The notes: generated from the sequence alone by a model not told the origin. Positions 28,654-38,432 are shown, numbered from the stretch's first letter. The stretch is DNA of 64,000 bases from Deltaproteobacteria bacterium (GCA_016874845.1 VGSZ01000001.1:4581-68580), one strand, 5' to 3'. Made by a program: numbers and translations.

Positions 28654-28959
28654 ATGGCGCACGGACAGTGGACGGAGGTCGAGGCGCGCGGCGTGCTCGA
28701 TGCCTGGAAGAAGAGCGGGCTCGGGCTCGGCGAGTTCGCCCGTAGCCGTGGGAGCGTCCCGCAGCGGCTGCGCTGGTGGAAGAAGAAGCTCGCGCCCGAC
28801 CTCGGCAAGGTGATCGCGCTCCTGCCCGCGCACGTCGTGGAGCCGCGGCGCGGCGAGCCGGTGACGGAGCTTTTGCGGTCGGGGCACGTGGTCAAGGTCG
28901 GCCGCGAGTTCGACCAGGTGGCGTTCGCCCGCGTCGTCGCCGTGCTCGAGGGCGGCTGA
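28654..28959 (+). CDS. tnpA: IS66 TnpA-like HTH protein
   Basis: WKKSGL...FAR..G....LRWWKKKL. GGAGG RBS. Confidence 0.8.
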   Translation: MAHGQWTEVEARGVLDAWKKSGLGLGEFARSRGSVPQRLRWWKKKLAPDLGKVIALLPAHVVEPRRGEPVTELLRSGHVVKVGREFDQVAFARVVAVLEGG

Positions 28960-29528
28960 TGCTGGGCCTGCCTCCGAGCGTCCGCATCCACTTCGCCACC
29001 GACGTCGCCGACACGCGAGAACGGCATCGACGGGTCGCGCGCGATCGTCGACGGCGTACTGAAGAAGGCCCCCGACGAGGGCAACCTCTTCGTCTTCGTC
29101 GGCAAGGCCCGCGACAAGGTGGAGGCCCTCTTCCGGGACCGCGGCGGCTTCGTGCTCTACCTGAAGCGCCTCGAGCGCGGGCGACTCCAGCTGCTAGTCG
29201 TCGACGCTCGTTGTCGCCACGTCGAGCTGGAGCCGGCGCAGCTGGCCATGCTCCTGGACGGCATCGACCTGAACGCGCGGCGGCTCGGACGCTGGAGTCC
29301 ATCGATCAACGACCGGATCGACGGACGCTGGGGCGGAAGAACTTCCTCTTCGTCCACCACGCCGACGCCGGCGAGAACATCGCCGGCCTGTATTCGCTCG
29401 CGGCGACCTGCGAGGCGCGGGGCCTCAACCCGTTCGAGTAGCTCGCCGACGTCCTCGCTCGCGCGCAGGACCACCCCGCCCGAGACCTCGACGCCCTGCT
29501 GCCAGGCGCCTCGGCCGCCGCCGACTGA
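28959..29528 (+). pseudogene. IS66 tnpB (frameshifted) joined to a tnpC C-terminal fragment
   Basis: GNLFVFVGK, LF.DRGGFVLYLKRLERG and LAMLLDGIDL, then LGRKNFLF...LYSLAATC..RGLNPFE* with an internal TAG. Confidence 0.85.
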
Positions 29529-29735
29529 ACAACCGTCACGACGTCTTCGGCCGGACGGTCACAGAGCAGGGTCATCCCACCCGAAAGCAGTGTGTTCGTT
29601 TGACCACGAAGAGCGTGTCCGTCTCACCGCGGTCGTGACGCGCCTGTCGTGCGCGGGATCACGCCTGCGGCGTGCAGATCGCAAATTCGACCCGTCCGAC
29701 GGCGCCCGGACGAGCCCGCGGTCGGTGTCGGAACG

Positions 29736-29752
29736 TTGGCAGGAACGGTGCA
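29736..29752 (+). promoter_or_regulatory. Putative sigma-54 (-24/-12) promoter
   Basis: TTGGCAGGAACGGTGCA gives GG-N10-GC, about 50 nt upstream of ATG 29803. Confidence 0.55.
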
Positions 29753-29802
29753 TCTTAACTGAGCACGCGGTCGCACCGACCGCCGCTGCAGGAGACTCCG
29801 TC

Positions 29803-29973
29803 ATGCCGCACACCAAGCGCCAGCACCCGATCCGCACCACCGTCGGCGAGCTCACCGCGGCCTACTACGAAGCCGCCCTCGCCGAGCTGAAGGACGCCGC
29901 CCTCGCCGCGCGCATCGCCCAGCGCATGGTCAAGGAGGCGCTCACCCGCGGCCACCTCGACCTCGCCCGCTGA
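29803..29973 (+). CDS. Small helical hypothetical protein (56 aa)
   Basis: GGAGA RBS, strong GC3 bias, MPHTKRQHPIRTTVGELTAAYYEAALAEL. Confidence 0.7.
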   Translation: MPHTKRQHPIRTTVGELTAAYYEAALAELKDAALAARIAQRMVKEALTRGHLDLAR

Positions 29974-30169
29974 AGGTCCGGCGACAACCACCGTCGCTCA
30001 CCCGCAGCCGTCGTCGACCTGCTGCCGTCCGACCTCACTCGACTCGCGCTACCGACGCTGGACGCCGGCAGCGCCCGGGGACCGGGACCACTCTCGTGCC
30101 CCACCTCTCCTGATCGCCGGCGACGCCCCCCGCGTTCGCGTCGCCGTCGGTCTCTGCTACGACCGACGC

Positions 30170-30766
30170 ATGCGTGCTGCCGCCGCCCTCGCCCTCACCC
30201 TCTCGCTCGTCACCCTCGGCGCCTGCTCGGCCGAGGCTGCGCCGCCGTCGGGCCACGGCAGCACCCACGGCGATACCCACGGCGCCCCGCCCGCGCCGGC
30301 GGCCCCTACGGCGCCCCCCGCCGCCCTCCCCGCTGGGCCGCGCGGCGTCGTGCTCGCCCGCTACGAGGCGCTGCGCGCCGTCCTCGCCGACGACAAGGGC
30401 GCCGCGATCGCCGCCGAGCTGCCGGCGCTGCGCACCGCCGTCACCGCGATCGCCGCCGACAAGGCGGCCGGCGCCGCCGACCTGCAGAAGGGGCTCGACG
30501 GCCTCGCCGCGGCGACGGCGACGAAGGACGGCGCTGCCGTCGACCTCAAGGCCGCCCGCGTTGCCTTCGGCGAGCTGTCGCGCGGCCTCGTCGCCGCGAT
30601 CGCCGCCGACCCGGCGCTGCAGGCCGGACGCTTCCTGTTCGAGTGCCCGATGGCGGCCGGCTACCAGCGCTGGGTGCAGACCAACGCGACGATGGCGAAC
30701 CCGTACATGGGACGGCGCATGCTCGAGTGCGGCGCGGCCGTCGCCGCGTGGCGCGTTGAAGGATGA
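30170..30766 (+). CDS. DUF3347-like metal-binding lipoprotein
   Basis: Lipobox LGAC, His-rich linker, CPMA...WVQ....ANPYMG..MLECG. Confidence 0.8.
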   Translation: MRAAAALALTLSLVTLGACSAEAAPPSGHGSTHGDTHGAPPAPAAPTAPPAALPAGPRGVVLARYEALRAVLADDKGAAIAAELPALRTAVTAIAADKAAGAADLQKGLDGLAAATATKDGAAVDLKAARVAFGELSRGLVAAIAADPALQAGRFLFECPMAAGYQRWVQTNATMANPYMGRRMLECGAAVAAWRVEG

Positions 30767-30841
30767 CCGGGGCCGATCGGAGACCTTCCGGTCCCACATC
30801 CTGAGGCCATGCTGGGTGACAGGGAGCCCCCTCCCAGGATC

Positions 30842-30897
30842 CCCAGAATCGGGAGAGGGCAGCGGCGCAGCCGCGGGTGAGGGCCGGCGTCGTCGCG
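30842..30897. repeat. Dispersed REP-like repeat, copy 2
   Basis: Matches 13293-13348. CCCTCCC...GGGAGAGGG...GGGTGAGGG layout. Confidence 0.75.
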
Positions 30898-31012
30898 ACG
30901 TCGCGGCGGCAGCCGTCCGCGGCGGGCGCTGCCGCGGCGGGCGCCGTCGACGTCGCGACGACGCGGCGGTCGGGTTGAGCGCTGCGGCGCCCCGTGAAAG
31001 AACCAGACGACG

Positions 31013-31435
31013 ATGATCACGGCTGCCGCGCTCTCGCTGCTCCTGTGGGCCCCGGGACAGGAGGCCGCCTCGTGGCAGTCCCCGTCGAGCGCGTCGTCGT
31101 TCCTGACGCGCCCCGGCGCGCCCCTGCTCGTCGCCGGACTCGTCGCCGTCGGCGCCGGCACCCTCGCCGCGGGCCTCGGCGCCGGCGCGGGCTTCCAGCA
31201 CGCCGCCGACAGCGCCGCCCTGGACGCGGCCGTGCTGGACTACGTCGCAGCGCCCGACCGCGACAACGCCAAAGACGTCGAACAGCTGCGGCTGCGTCTC
31301 GGGTCGGCGCGCTCGCGCGAGACGCTCGCCCAGCTGCAGGCCCTCGCCGTCGTCGGCGGCGCCACCGCGATGGTCGTCGGCTGGGCGGTCGCCGCCGGCG
31401 GCGCCTGGCGCCTCACCAGCGAGGACACCCCGTGA
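31013..31435 (+). CDS. Hypothetical membrane protein
   Basis: Hydrophobic segments. GTGA overlap with the next gene. Confidence 0.6.
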   Translation: MITAAALSLLLWAPGQEAASWQSPSSASSFLTRPGAPLLVAGLVAVGAGTLAAGLGAGAGFQHAADSAALDAAVLDYVAAPDRDNAKDVEQLRLRLGSARSRETLAQLQALAVVGGATAMVVGWAVAAGGAWRLTSEDTP

Positions 31436-32619
31436 CCGACCCCCGGCCGCCGACAACCCACCGCCCGTTCCAGCACACCCCCGCCGGGCCGTCTCTCTAC
31501 GGCCCCGGTGTCGCCGCCACCATCGCCGACAAGACGCTGCTGAAGAAGGCACGCAACGTCGTCGTCGTCACCGACGCCGGCGTGCGCAAGGCCGGCTTGC
31601 TCGAGGCCATCGTCGCGCCGTTCGGCGTCCGCGTCGTCCACGTCGAGGACGGCGTCGTCCCCGACGCCGACTGCGACCACGTCGACGCCACCGCCGCGCG
31701 CGCCCGCGAGCTCGGCTGCGACGCCGTGCTCGCCGTAGGTGGCGGCAGCGTCATGGACACCGCCAAGGGCGTGATCGCCGCGCTGGCGAAGGGCGCGTCG
31801 ATCAAGAGCCTCGAGGGCGTGGCCACCATCCGCGGCAAGACCCTGCCGCTGGTGTGTGTGCCGACGACGGCGGGCACCGGCTCCGAGGCGACGCAGTTCG
31901 CCGTGCTCAAGGACCGCGAGGAGCGCCGCAAGCGCATCTACGTCGACGCGTCGCTGGTGCCCGCCCTCGCCGTGCTCGACCCGACGCTGCTGGTCGGCCT
32001 GCCCCGCGCCGTCACCGCCGCCACCGCCGTCGACACGCTGACCCACGCCGTCGAGGCCATCGGCAGCAAGCTGCGCAACCCCATGGGCTCGGCGCTGGCC
32101 ACCGAGGCGTGCCGCCTGCTGCTCGTCGAGCAGGCGCTGTCGCGCAGCCTGCTGCGCCCCGACGACGTCGAGGCCCGCGGCGCCTGCCTGATCGCCGCGC
32201 ACCTCGCCGGGCAGGCGGTGTCGACGGCGATGCTCGGCGCCTGCCACGCCCTCGCCCACGCCGTGGGCGCCCACACCGGCGTCCCCCACGGCGTCGCCAA
32301 CGGCCTGTTTCTCGTCGACGTACTGCGGGAGAACGCGGCGAAGGCGGCGCCGGTCTACGCCACGCTGGCCCGCGCGCTGGGCCTCGGCGCGGCGCGCGAC
32401 GACGACGCCGCGCTGGTCGCCGCGCTGGTCGCCGCCATCGACGAATTCGTCTTCGACACCGCCGGTCTGCCGCGCCGGCTGCGCGACGCTGCCCCCGCCC
32501 TGACCGAGGCCGACCTGCCGATGCTGGCTGCGGCGGCGCTGGCCGACCCCGACCTGCCGACCAACCCCGTCGCCCTCGACGACGCGGCGCTGCACGCGAT
32601 CCTGCGACGACGGTGGTAG
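31432..32619 (+). CDS. Iron-containing alcohol dehydrogenase
   Basis: AVGGGSVMDTAK, PTTAGTGSEAT, DTLTHAVE, HALAH, PHGVAN. Confidence 0.93.
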   Translation: MTDPRPPTTHRPFQHTPAGPSLYGPGVAATIADKTLLKKARNVVVVTDAGVRKAGLLEAIVAPFGVRVVHVEDGVVPDADCDHVDATAARARELGCDAVLAVGGGSVMDTAKGVIAALAKGASIKSLEGVATIRGKTLPLVCVPTTAGTGSEATQFAVLKDREERRKRIYVDASLVPALAVLDPTLLVGLPRAVTAATAVDTLTHAVEAIGSKLRNPMGSALATEACRLLLVEQALSRSLLRPDDVEARGACLIAAHLAGQAVSTAMLGACHALAHAVGAHTGVPHGVANGLFLVDVLRENAAKAAPVYATLARALGLGAARDDDAALVAALVAAIDEFVFDTAGLPRRLRDAAPALTEADLPMLAAAALADPDLPTNPVALDDAALHAILRRRW

Positions 32620-32651
32620 GACGGGCACCTCGACGCAGCCAAGGAGCGCCC

Positions 32652-33005
32652 ATGAGCCAAAGCAACCCCTCCGAGCGTGACACGACGTGGGTCGAGGTCG
32701 AGGTGCAGAAGGGCGAGGCCGTCAGCGTCTATCGCGGCCGCGCGCTCACCAGCGAGCTCGAGCGCTGGCGCAACGGCGAGTTCGTGCGCGGCGCGCTGAC
32801 CCTGTTCGACGTCTATTGGTCCTACGAGGCCGGTGACGGCGAGGCCTGGGTCGTCGTCGGCGCGACGCCGGGGCCCTACGCCGCCGCCCTGGGCACGGCG
32901 CACATCCGCGCCGACCAGGTGCTCGTCGTCATCCCGCTGCGCGACGGCGGCGACCGCGACCAGCACCGGGCGGTCACCGTGCGCCGTGGCGAGCACGACG
33001 CCTGA
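32652..33005 (+). CDS. Hypothetical protein (117 aa)
   Basis: AAGGAG RBS, normal codon bias. Confidence 0.7.
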   Translation: MSQSNPSERDTTWVEVEVQKGEAVSVYRGRALTSELERWRNGEFVRGALTLFDVYWSYEAGDGEAWVVVGATPGPYAAALGTAHIRADQVLVVIPLRDGGDRDQHRAVTVRRGEHDA

Positions 33006-33067
33006 GCGGCGCCTGCAAGGCTGACCGAGGAATGCCGTGCTCTTTCGGCGGCCTTCCGGCGGCCTCT

Positions 33068-33150
33068 CAGGACAGCAGGACAGCAGGACAGCAGGACAGC
33101 AGGACAGCAGGACAGCAGGACAGCAGGACAGCAGGACAGCAGGACAGCAG
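33068..33150. repeat. Perfect 8-bp simple repeat (CAGGACAG) x10 plus a partial unit
   Basis: Read directly. Intergenic, 73 nt upstream of the protease ATG. Confidence 0.97.
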
Positions 33151-33223
33151 CACCTCGGTGGCGCGGGGGGCAAGGCGGCGCGCGGGCGGCGCGGCTAGAC
33201 TCCCGCGCCACAGGAGCCCGCCC

Positions 33224-35374
33224 ATGCGCCCGTCGCCTGCCGTCACCGCCCTCGTCGCGGCCCTCGCCTTCGCCGCCCTCGCCGGGCCGGCCGCTGCGTC
33301 GTCGGCGTCGCCCGCGCCGGCGTCGCCCGCGCCGGGTTCGCGCGCCGGGTTCGCGCGCGACGCGCGCCTGATCGCCGGTCGCCTGATCGTCAAGCCCCCC
33401 GCTGGCGTCGACGACGATGCGAGCCGCGGCAAGTGGCTCGCTGGCCTCGCGCGCGCGCTCGGCGCGCCGGTGACGCTGCGCCGCCCGCTGGCGCTCGGCT
33501 GGCTGCACGTCGACGTCAAGCTCCCCGCAGGTCTCGCCCGCCGCGCCGCCGAGGACGCGACGCTGCGCCTGGTCGAGCGGGCGAAGAAGGCGCCGGGCGT
33601 CCGCGGCGCCGCCGCCGAGTGGATCCTGCGCGCGTCCCGTACGCCCGACGACCCGCTCTTCGCCGACTTCATGTGGCACCTGCAGGCCATCGGCATGCCC
33701 GAGGCGTGGGACGTCACCGTCGGGCGCACGGGCAACCGCGTCGGAGTCGTCGACACCGGCACGCTGTTTGGCCACGAGGACCTGCAGGGCCGCCGCGGCC
33801 CCGAGTACGACTTCGTCCGCAACGACCCCGTCGACGTCGACGGCGACGGCGTCGGCGACATCGGCAACGCCAACGACGGCGACGGCCGCGACGGCGACGC
33901 CACCGACCCCGGCGACGGCTGCGGCGTCGTCGACTCGAGCTTCCACGGCACCCACGTCGCCGGCACGATCCTCGGCAACGGCGACAACGGCGTGGGCATC
34001 AGCGGTGTCAACTGGGGCGCGAAGCTCGTCACCGGGCGGGCGCTGGGCTGCGGCGGCGGCAGCTCCGTCGACATCAACGAGGCGGTGCTGTGGATGGGCG
34101 GCTTCCGCGTCGACGGCGTGCCGCCCCTGGCCGTCGCCGACCGGCCCCGCGTGATCAACCTGTCGCTCGGCACCACCGGCGCCCTTTGCGCCGCCGACGG
34201 CACGCCGTCGCCCGACGGCCGGCCCATCGACCCCTACACCTTCGAGGTCTTCCGCGCCGTCGCCGGCGAGGGCGTGCTGCTGGTCGTCGCCACGGGCAAC
34301 AACGGCAACCGCGTGCCGGTGGCCTCGCCGGCCAACTGCGAAGACGCTGTCGCCGTGGCCGCCTTCGGCCCCGAGCGCGCGCTCACGGGCTACTCGAACT
34401 TCGGCCCCGAGGTCGACATCGTCGCGCCCGGCGGCGACATCGACCGGCTCCAGGACCCGCGCGCCGGCGTGCTGTCGACGACGGACGCCCGCCGCTCGCA
34501 ATTCGAGGGCGGCCTGCCCTACGCGTTCGAGCAGGGCACCTCGATGGCCGCGCCCCACGTCGCCGGCGTGCTGTCGCTGATGCTCGACGTCAACCCGAAC
34601 CTCACCCGTGCCTCCGCCGTCGCCCTGCTGCAGAGCACCGGCGACGCCTGCACCAGCTGTCAGGACAAGAAGGCGCTGCGCGCCGATCTCGCCGTCGTTG
34701 CGGCGGCGAGCGCCGAGGTCACCACCGACCCTGGCGACTCCTGCGCGGGCACCGGCTTCTGCTCCGCCGACCAGCGCTGCATCTACGTCGAGGGCGGCGC
34801 CGTGTGCCTGCTCGTCTGCGCCGCCGCCGACGACTGCGCCGCCGATCAGGACTGTGTCGCCGTGCAGGAAGGCGGCAACGTCTGTGCCCCGAGCGGCGGT
34901 GGAAGTGGCGGCGTAGAGACAGAGTGCGACGTCCGCCGCGGTCACATGGACTGCGACGTGGGCACGGGCTGCGTCGAGCAGGACGGGCAGGGGGCTTGCG
35001 TCGAAGGGGTCGACGGCAGCATCGGGGTGGGCGCGCTGTGCGAGGGTGCGGCGGACTGCTCGACGGGGCTGTGCGATCGCGGCGTGTGCACGGTGCCGTG
35101 CGACGACGAGCCGTGCCAGGCCGGCTACGACTGCGATCAGGACGTCGGCGTGCCCGGCGGGCTGTGCCGTCCGGCGTCGTGCGCCGACGACCCGGGGATC
35201 TGCGGCGGCGACGACTTCGAGTGCTCGTACTCGCCGGCGGCGCGCTACGTCTGCTCGGTGGGGCCGTCGAACTACCAGGGCGTCTGTGGCGCGCAGCCTG
35301 GCGCCAAAGACGCCCTGGGCGCGCTGGCCGCCCTGCTGCTGCTCGGGCGTCGTCGGCGTGCGCGCGGGCGGTGA
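33224..35374 (+). CDS. S8 subtilisin-like protease with Cys-rich tail and MYXO-CTERM-like anchor
   Basis: VGVVDTG, HGTHVAG, GTSMAAPHVAG. C-terminal C...LAALLLLGRRRR. Confidence 0.93.
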   Translation: MRPSPAVTALVAALAFAALAGPAAASSASPAPASPAPGSRAGFARDARLIAGRLIVKPPAGVDDDASRGKWLAGLARALGAPVTLRRPLALGWLHVDVKLPAGLARRAAEDATLRLVERAKKAPGVRGAAAEWILRASRTPDDPLFADFMWHLQAIGMPEAWDVTVGRTGNRVGVVDTGTLFGHEDLQGRRGPEYDFVRNDPVDVDGDGVGDIGNANDGDGRDGDATDPGDGCGVVDSSFHGTHVAGTILGNGDNGVGISGVNWGAKLVTGRALGCGGGSSVDINEAVLWMGGFRVDGVPPLAVADRPRVINLSLGTTGALCAADGTPSPDGRPIDPYTFEVFRAVAGEGVLLVVATGNNGNRVPVASPANCEDAVAVAAFGPERALTGYSNFGPEVDIVAPGGDIDRLQDPRAGVLSTTDARRSQFEGGLPYAFEQGTSMAAPHVAGVLSLMLDVNPNLTRASAVALLQSTGDACTSCQDKKALRADLAVVAAASAEVTTDPGDSCAGTGFCSADQRCIYVEGGAVCLLVCAAADDCAADQDCVAVQEGGNVCAPSGGGSGGVETECDVRRGHMDCDVGTGCVEQDGQGACVEGVDGSIGVGALCEGAADCSTGLCDRGVCTVPCDDEPCQAGYDCDQDVGVPGGLCRPASCADDPGICGGDDFECSYSPAARYVCSVGPSNYQGVCGAQPGAKDALGALAALLLLGRRRRARGR

Positions 35375-35461
35375 CGGCGCGCGCGCCGCGGCGGTGCGGG
35401 GTGCGCGCGCGTCGGCCTGCCGACGGCTTTCCGACGACGAGGAAACGCGCTAGCGAGCCCC

Positions 35462-36499
35462 ATGAGCCGTCATCCCCACGACCTGCGCTTCTCGTCTCCG
35501 GCCGTCGAGCGGGCCCGCGCCCGCCGCGAGGAGCAGGAGCGCGCCCGCGCCCACGGCAGCAGCGGCCGCGTGCGCGGCGAGCGCGTCGACCTGGCGGTGC
35601 TGCTCGACGACATCGGCGATGGGCAGATCATCGAGGTCAAGGAGCAGCTGCCAAAGGCGTGGGTGGGCGCGCTGGTCGATGACAAGCAAGAGGTGCACTG
35701 GACCGCTGGCGGCGACGCCGACGTCGACGTCACCCTCGAGCGCGAGGCGGCGTTCGTGCGCATGCAGGGCAAGGCGCGCTTCGCGCTGGTGCACCCGTGC
35801 GTGCGCTGTGGCCAGCGCGACGTGCCCTTCGACGTGCCGCTGAAGGTCGACCTGCGCCTCGTCGAGCGCGCGCCGGTGACCCACGCCGACCACGTCGACG
35901 CCGACTACGCCGCCCACGACGACGGCGACGACCACGCCGGCAGCCTGCTGGGTGACGCCGCCGACCTCGAAGACCTTGACGTCGCCAGCTACTCGGGTGA
36001 CGCCGTCGCCGTCGACCAGGTGCTGCGCGAGCAGCTGTTCCTTGAGCTGCCGGCCCACCCGCACTGCAAGTCCGCCGGCGCCTGCCTGAAGGAGCGGTGC
36101 GGCCTCGACGAGCAGCAGGCGGCGCTGGCCGCCGAGCAGTCGCGCTTCGTCGATCCGCGCTGGGCCGGCGCGCTGCAGCAGCTGAAGCAGACGCTCGACC
36201 TGCCCGCCGCTGCGCCGCCTCCGCTCACCGATGACGTCGTTGCCGACGCGCTCGTGCTGCCGGCGATGCCCGCAGGGATGGCCAAGGCGCCCGGCGGGCG
36301 CACGCCGCCGCCGGCCGCGGCGAAGCAGACCGCGACGAAGAAGACCGCGACGAAGCAGACCGCGGCGAAGCAGACCGCGGCGAAGCAGACCGCGGCGAAG
36401 AAGACCGCGGCGAAGCAGACCGCGGCGAAGAAGACCGCGGCGAAGAAGACCGCGGCGAAGAAGACCGCGGCGAAGAGAACGAAGCCGAGCCGACGCTGA
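35462..36499 (+). CDS. YceD/DUF177 family protein with a histone-H1-like tail
   Basis: PCVRC, VLREQLFLELP..PHC and DPRW, then 11 AAK(K/Q)T-type units. Confidence 0.8.
   Translation: MSRHPHDLRFSSPAVERARARREEQERARAHGSSGRVRGERVDLAVLLDDIGDGQIIEVKEQLPKAWVGALVDDKQEVHWTAGGDADVDVTLEREAAFVRMQGKARFALVHPCVRCGQRDVPFDVPLKVDLRLVERAPVTHADHVDADYAAHDDGDDHAGSLLGDAADLEDLDVASYSGDAVAVDQVLREQLFLELPAHPHCKSAGACLKERCGLDEQQAALAAEQSRFVDPRWAGALQQLKQTLDLPAAAPPPLTDDVVADALVLPAMPAGMAKAPGGRTPPPAAAKQTATKKTATKQTAAKQTAAKQTAAKKTAAKQTAAKKTAAKKTAAKKTAAKRTKPSRR
36317..36481 (+). repeat. 15-bp coding repeat x11 (A-A/T-K-K/Q/R-T)
   Basis: Read directly. Confidence 0.92.
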
Positions 36500-36546
36500 G
36501 GCAGCGGACCCCTCGGGAAGCAACGCGCCCGCCTGGCGGTTGCGCG

Positions 36547-38094
36547 ATGGTGGACACGATGGCGAACGACCCGCACAACCCTGCTCGCCCCGCGGCCCGG
36601 TCCGCGTCCGAGCTGTCGTCGTCATCGACCGCGTCGACCTCCGCGCCCCAGGCGCCGTCTTCACTGGCCGAGGCCCTCGCCGCTGCCGCCGCCCACGCGC
36701 CGACGGTGCCGTCACGGCCGGCGCCGACCGTCGCCGAGCGCGTGGCAGACACGAGGAAGCGCCTCGACGACGTGCTCGGCACCGCGCGTACGTCGATCCC
36801 CGGCTGGGACAACCTCGCCTGGGTCGAGGCGTTCGCCCGCGCCGCCGGCCACGTCAAAGACGCGCTGCCGTCGACGATCGACCCGCTGGAGCGACGGGCG
36901 CTGGCGGCGTGCCTGCTGCGCTTCGTGCCCCCGGCGCTCTTGCCCGACGCCGCCAGCGCCTCGACGCCGCCGTCCTCGCGGGCCCCGTCGCCGGCGCGCG
37001 ACCTGGCCGGCGCCCTCCGGCTGCCCGCCGACGTCGCCGCCCGCGTCGACGACGACTTCGCCTTCGCCGACGGCGACGCCCCCGTCGTGCACCCGTCGTG
37101 GTCGGCGTTCCTGACCCACGGCGACCTCGTCGACGCCGCGCTGCGTCCCGGTCGCCACGAGCGCCTGCTCGCCCCGCGCAGCCTGTCCCCCGGCGCGGCC
37201 CCCGGCGCGGCGAAGCAGGGTGCGGCGCTGCTCGTCTCCGTCGACGCGGTCAAGGGCGACGTCGCCTCGCTCACGATCCACGGGCCCGCCGGTCCCACCC
37301 AGCGCCGCCAGACCAGCGACGGGCGCGACGCCGGGCCCGCCGAGCTGCGCCTCGACGTGCTGAAGAGCTGGCTGCTCGCCGCCGGCGGCGGCGCGCGCGG
37401 CCTCGACCTGCGCCGCGCCGATGACCGCGCGCTACTGTTGACCTTCGGCTCGACGTTGCGCGCCCGCCGCCTCGACGGCCTGCTCGCCCGCGGCGCCACC
37501 GGCGTCGGCGGCGCCGCCGACCCCGAGCGCCGCGCTGACGTCGTCGAGGCCGTCGTCGACGCCGCCGCCGACGCCGTCGCCTTCGCCACCCTCGACCCCC
37601 ACGCCGTGCGCATCTGCCTGCCCGACAACGACTGGGGCCGGCAGGCGGGCCGCGTCCTCGACGCCACCGGCCTCGTCACCGACGTCACCCCGCGCACGCC
37701 GTCCGCCGGCCGGGCGCGCCGCGAGCTCGTCTGGCTCGACGCCATCGCCGACGGCGGCTTCCTCGGCGGCGCGCTGTCGCAGGTGCAGCAGGCCCGCGCG
37801 TTCGCGCGCCTCACCGTGTCGCTGCTCGCGCCGCTCGGCGCGCTGCCCTGCGTGTCGGCGCGCGACGGCAACGGCGTCCTCGTCACGATCCTGTTCGAGG
37901 ACGAGAGCGGCGGCCGCGCCCGCGGCCCATTCTGGGTCGACCCGAGCAGCGTCGAGGTGCGACTGAATCTGTCGCAGGCGTGGGCGGCGGGCGCCGGCCT
38001 CGCGCTGGCCGAACCGAAGGGTGGCTTCGCCCACGAAGTCGCCGCGCTGCCGGCATGGCTGGGCGCGTTCCTCGACACCATCCAGGCAGGCTGA
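36547..38094 (+). CDS. Hypothetical protein
   Basis: Long ORF with coding bias between co-oriented genes. No family recognised. Confidence 0.6.
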   Translation: MVDTMANDPHNPARPAARSASELSSSSTASTSAPQAPSSLAEALAAAAAHAPTVPSRPAPTVAERVADTRKRLDDVLGTARTSIPGWDNLAWVEAFARAAGHVKDALPSTIDPLERRALAACLLRFVPPALLPDAASASTPPSSRAPSPARDLAGALRLPADVAARVDDDFAFADGDAPVVHPSWSAFLTHGDLVDAALRPGRHERLLAPRSLSPGAAPGAAKQGAALLVSVDAVKGDVASLTIHGPAGPTQRRQTSDGRDAGPAELRLDVLKSWLLAAGGGARGLDLRRADDRALLLTFGSTLRARRLDGLLARGATGVGGAADPERRADVVEAVVDAAADAVAFATLDPHAVRICLPDNDWGRQAGRVLDATGLVTDVTPRTPSAGRARRELVWLDAIADGGFLGGALSQVQQARAFARLTVSLLAPLGALPCVSARDGNGVLVTILFEDESGGRARGPFWVDPSSVEVRLNLSQAWAAGAGLALAEPKGGFAHEVAALPAWLGAFLDTIQAG

Positions 38095-38096
38095 GC

Positions 38097-38432
38097 ATGC
38101 GCCGCGTCGACTCTCTCGAGCTGAAGAACCGAAGCCGCGGCGACGTCCCGCTGGTGGTCGTCGCCACCCGCCGGCGCGCGCCGGCTTGCGACGACGCCGT
38201 GCGCCACCTGCAGGCCGCCTGCGACGAAATCGGCGTCGAGCTGTGCGGCGTCGACGTCGACGAGCGCGACGCGGCGATGGCCGCGCTGCTCGATGAGTTC
38301 GGCGTCGTCGCCGTCCCGGCGGCGCTGCTCTTTTCTCGCGGGGTGCTCGTCGAGCGCGCCGTCACCGTGCGCGACCTCGCCGCGGCGCGGCGGCTGGTGG
38401 GTCAGGTCGCCGGGGGCGTGCGTGCCCGCTGA
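38097..38432 (+). CDS. Thioredoxin-fold protein lacking CxxC
   Basis: VDVDE....L..EFGVVAVPAALLFSRG pattern. Confidence 0.6.
   Translation: MRRVDSLELKNRSRGDVPLVVVATRRRAPACDDAVRHLQAACDEIGVELCGVDVDERDAAMAALLDEFGVVAVPAALLFSRGVLVERAVTVRDLAAARRLVGQVAGGVRAR

Larger units (their letters stand above)
28585..29562 (+). mobile_element. IS66-family element, internally deleted (978 bp)
   Basis: Left end GTAACCGTCCGGCC and right end (reverse complement) GTGACCGTCCGGCC. Contains tnpA, a frameshifted tnpB and only the TnpC C-terminus. Confidence 0.88.

Noticed and set aside
24661..29562. Prophage or integrative element suggested by the CI-like gene plus IS
   Set aside because: No integrase, structural or replication genes, and no att-like repeats were seen.
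33068..33150. Possible CRISPR array (also 6105-6174 and 36317-36481)
   Set aside because: Units are contiguous with no unique spacers, and there are no cas genes in the window.
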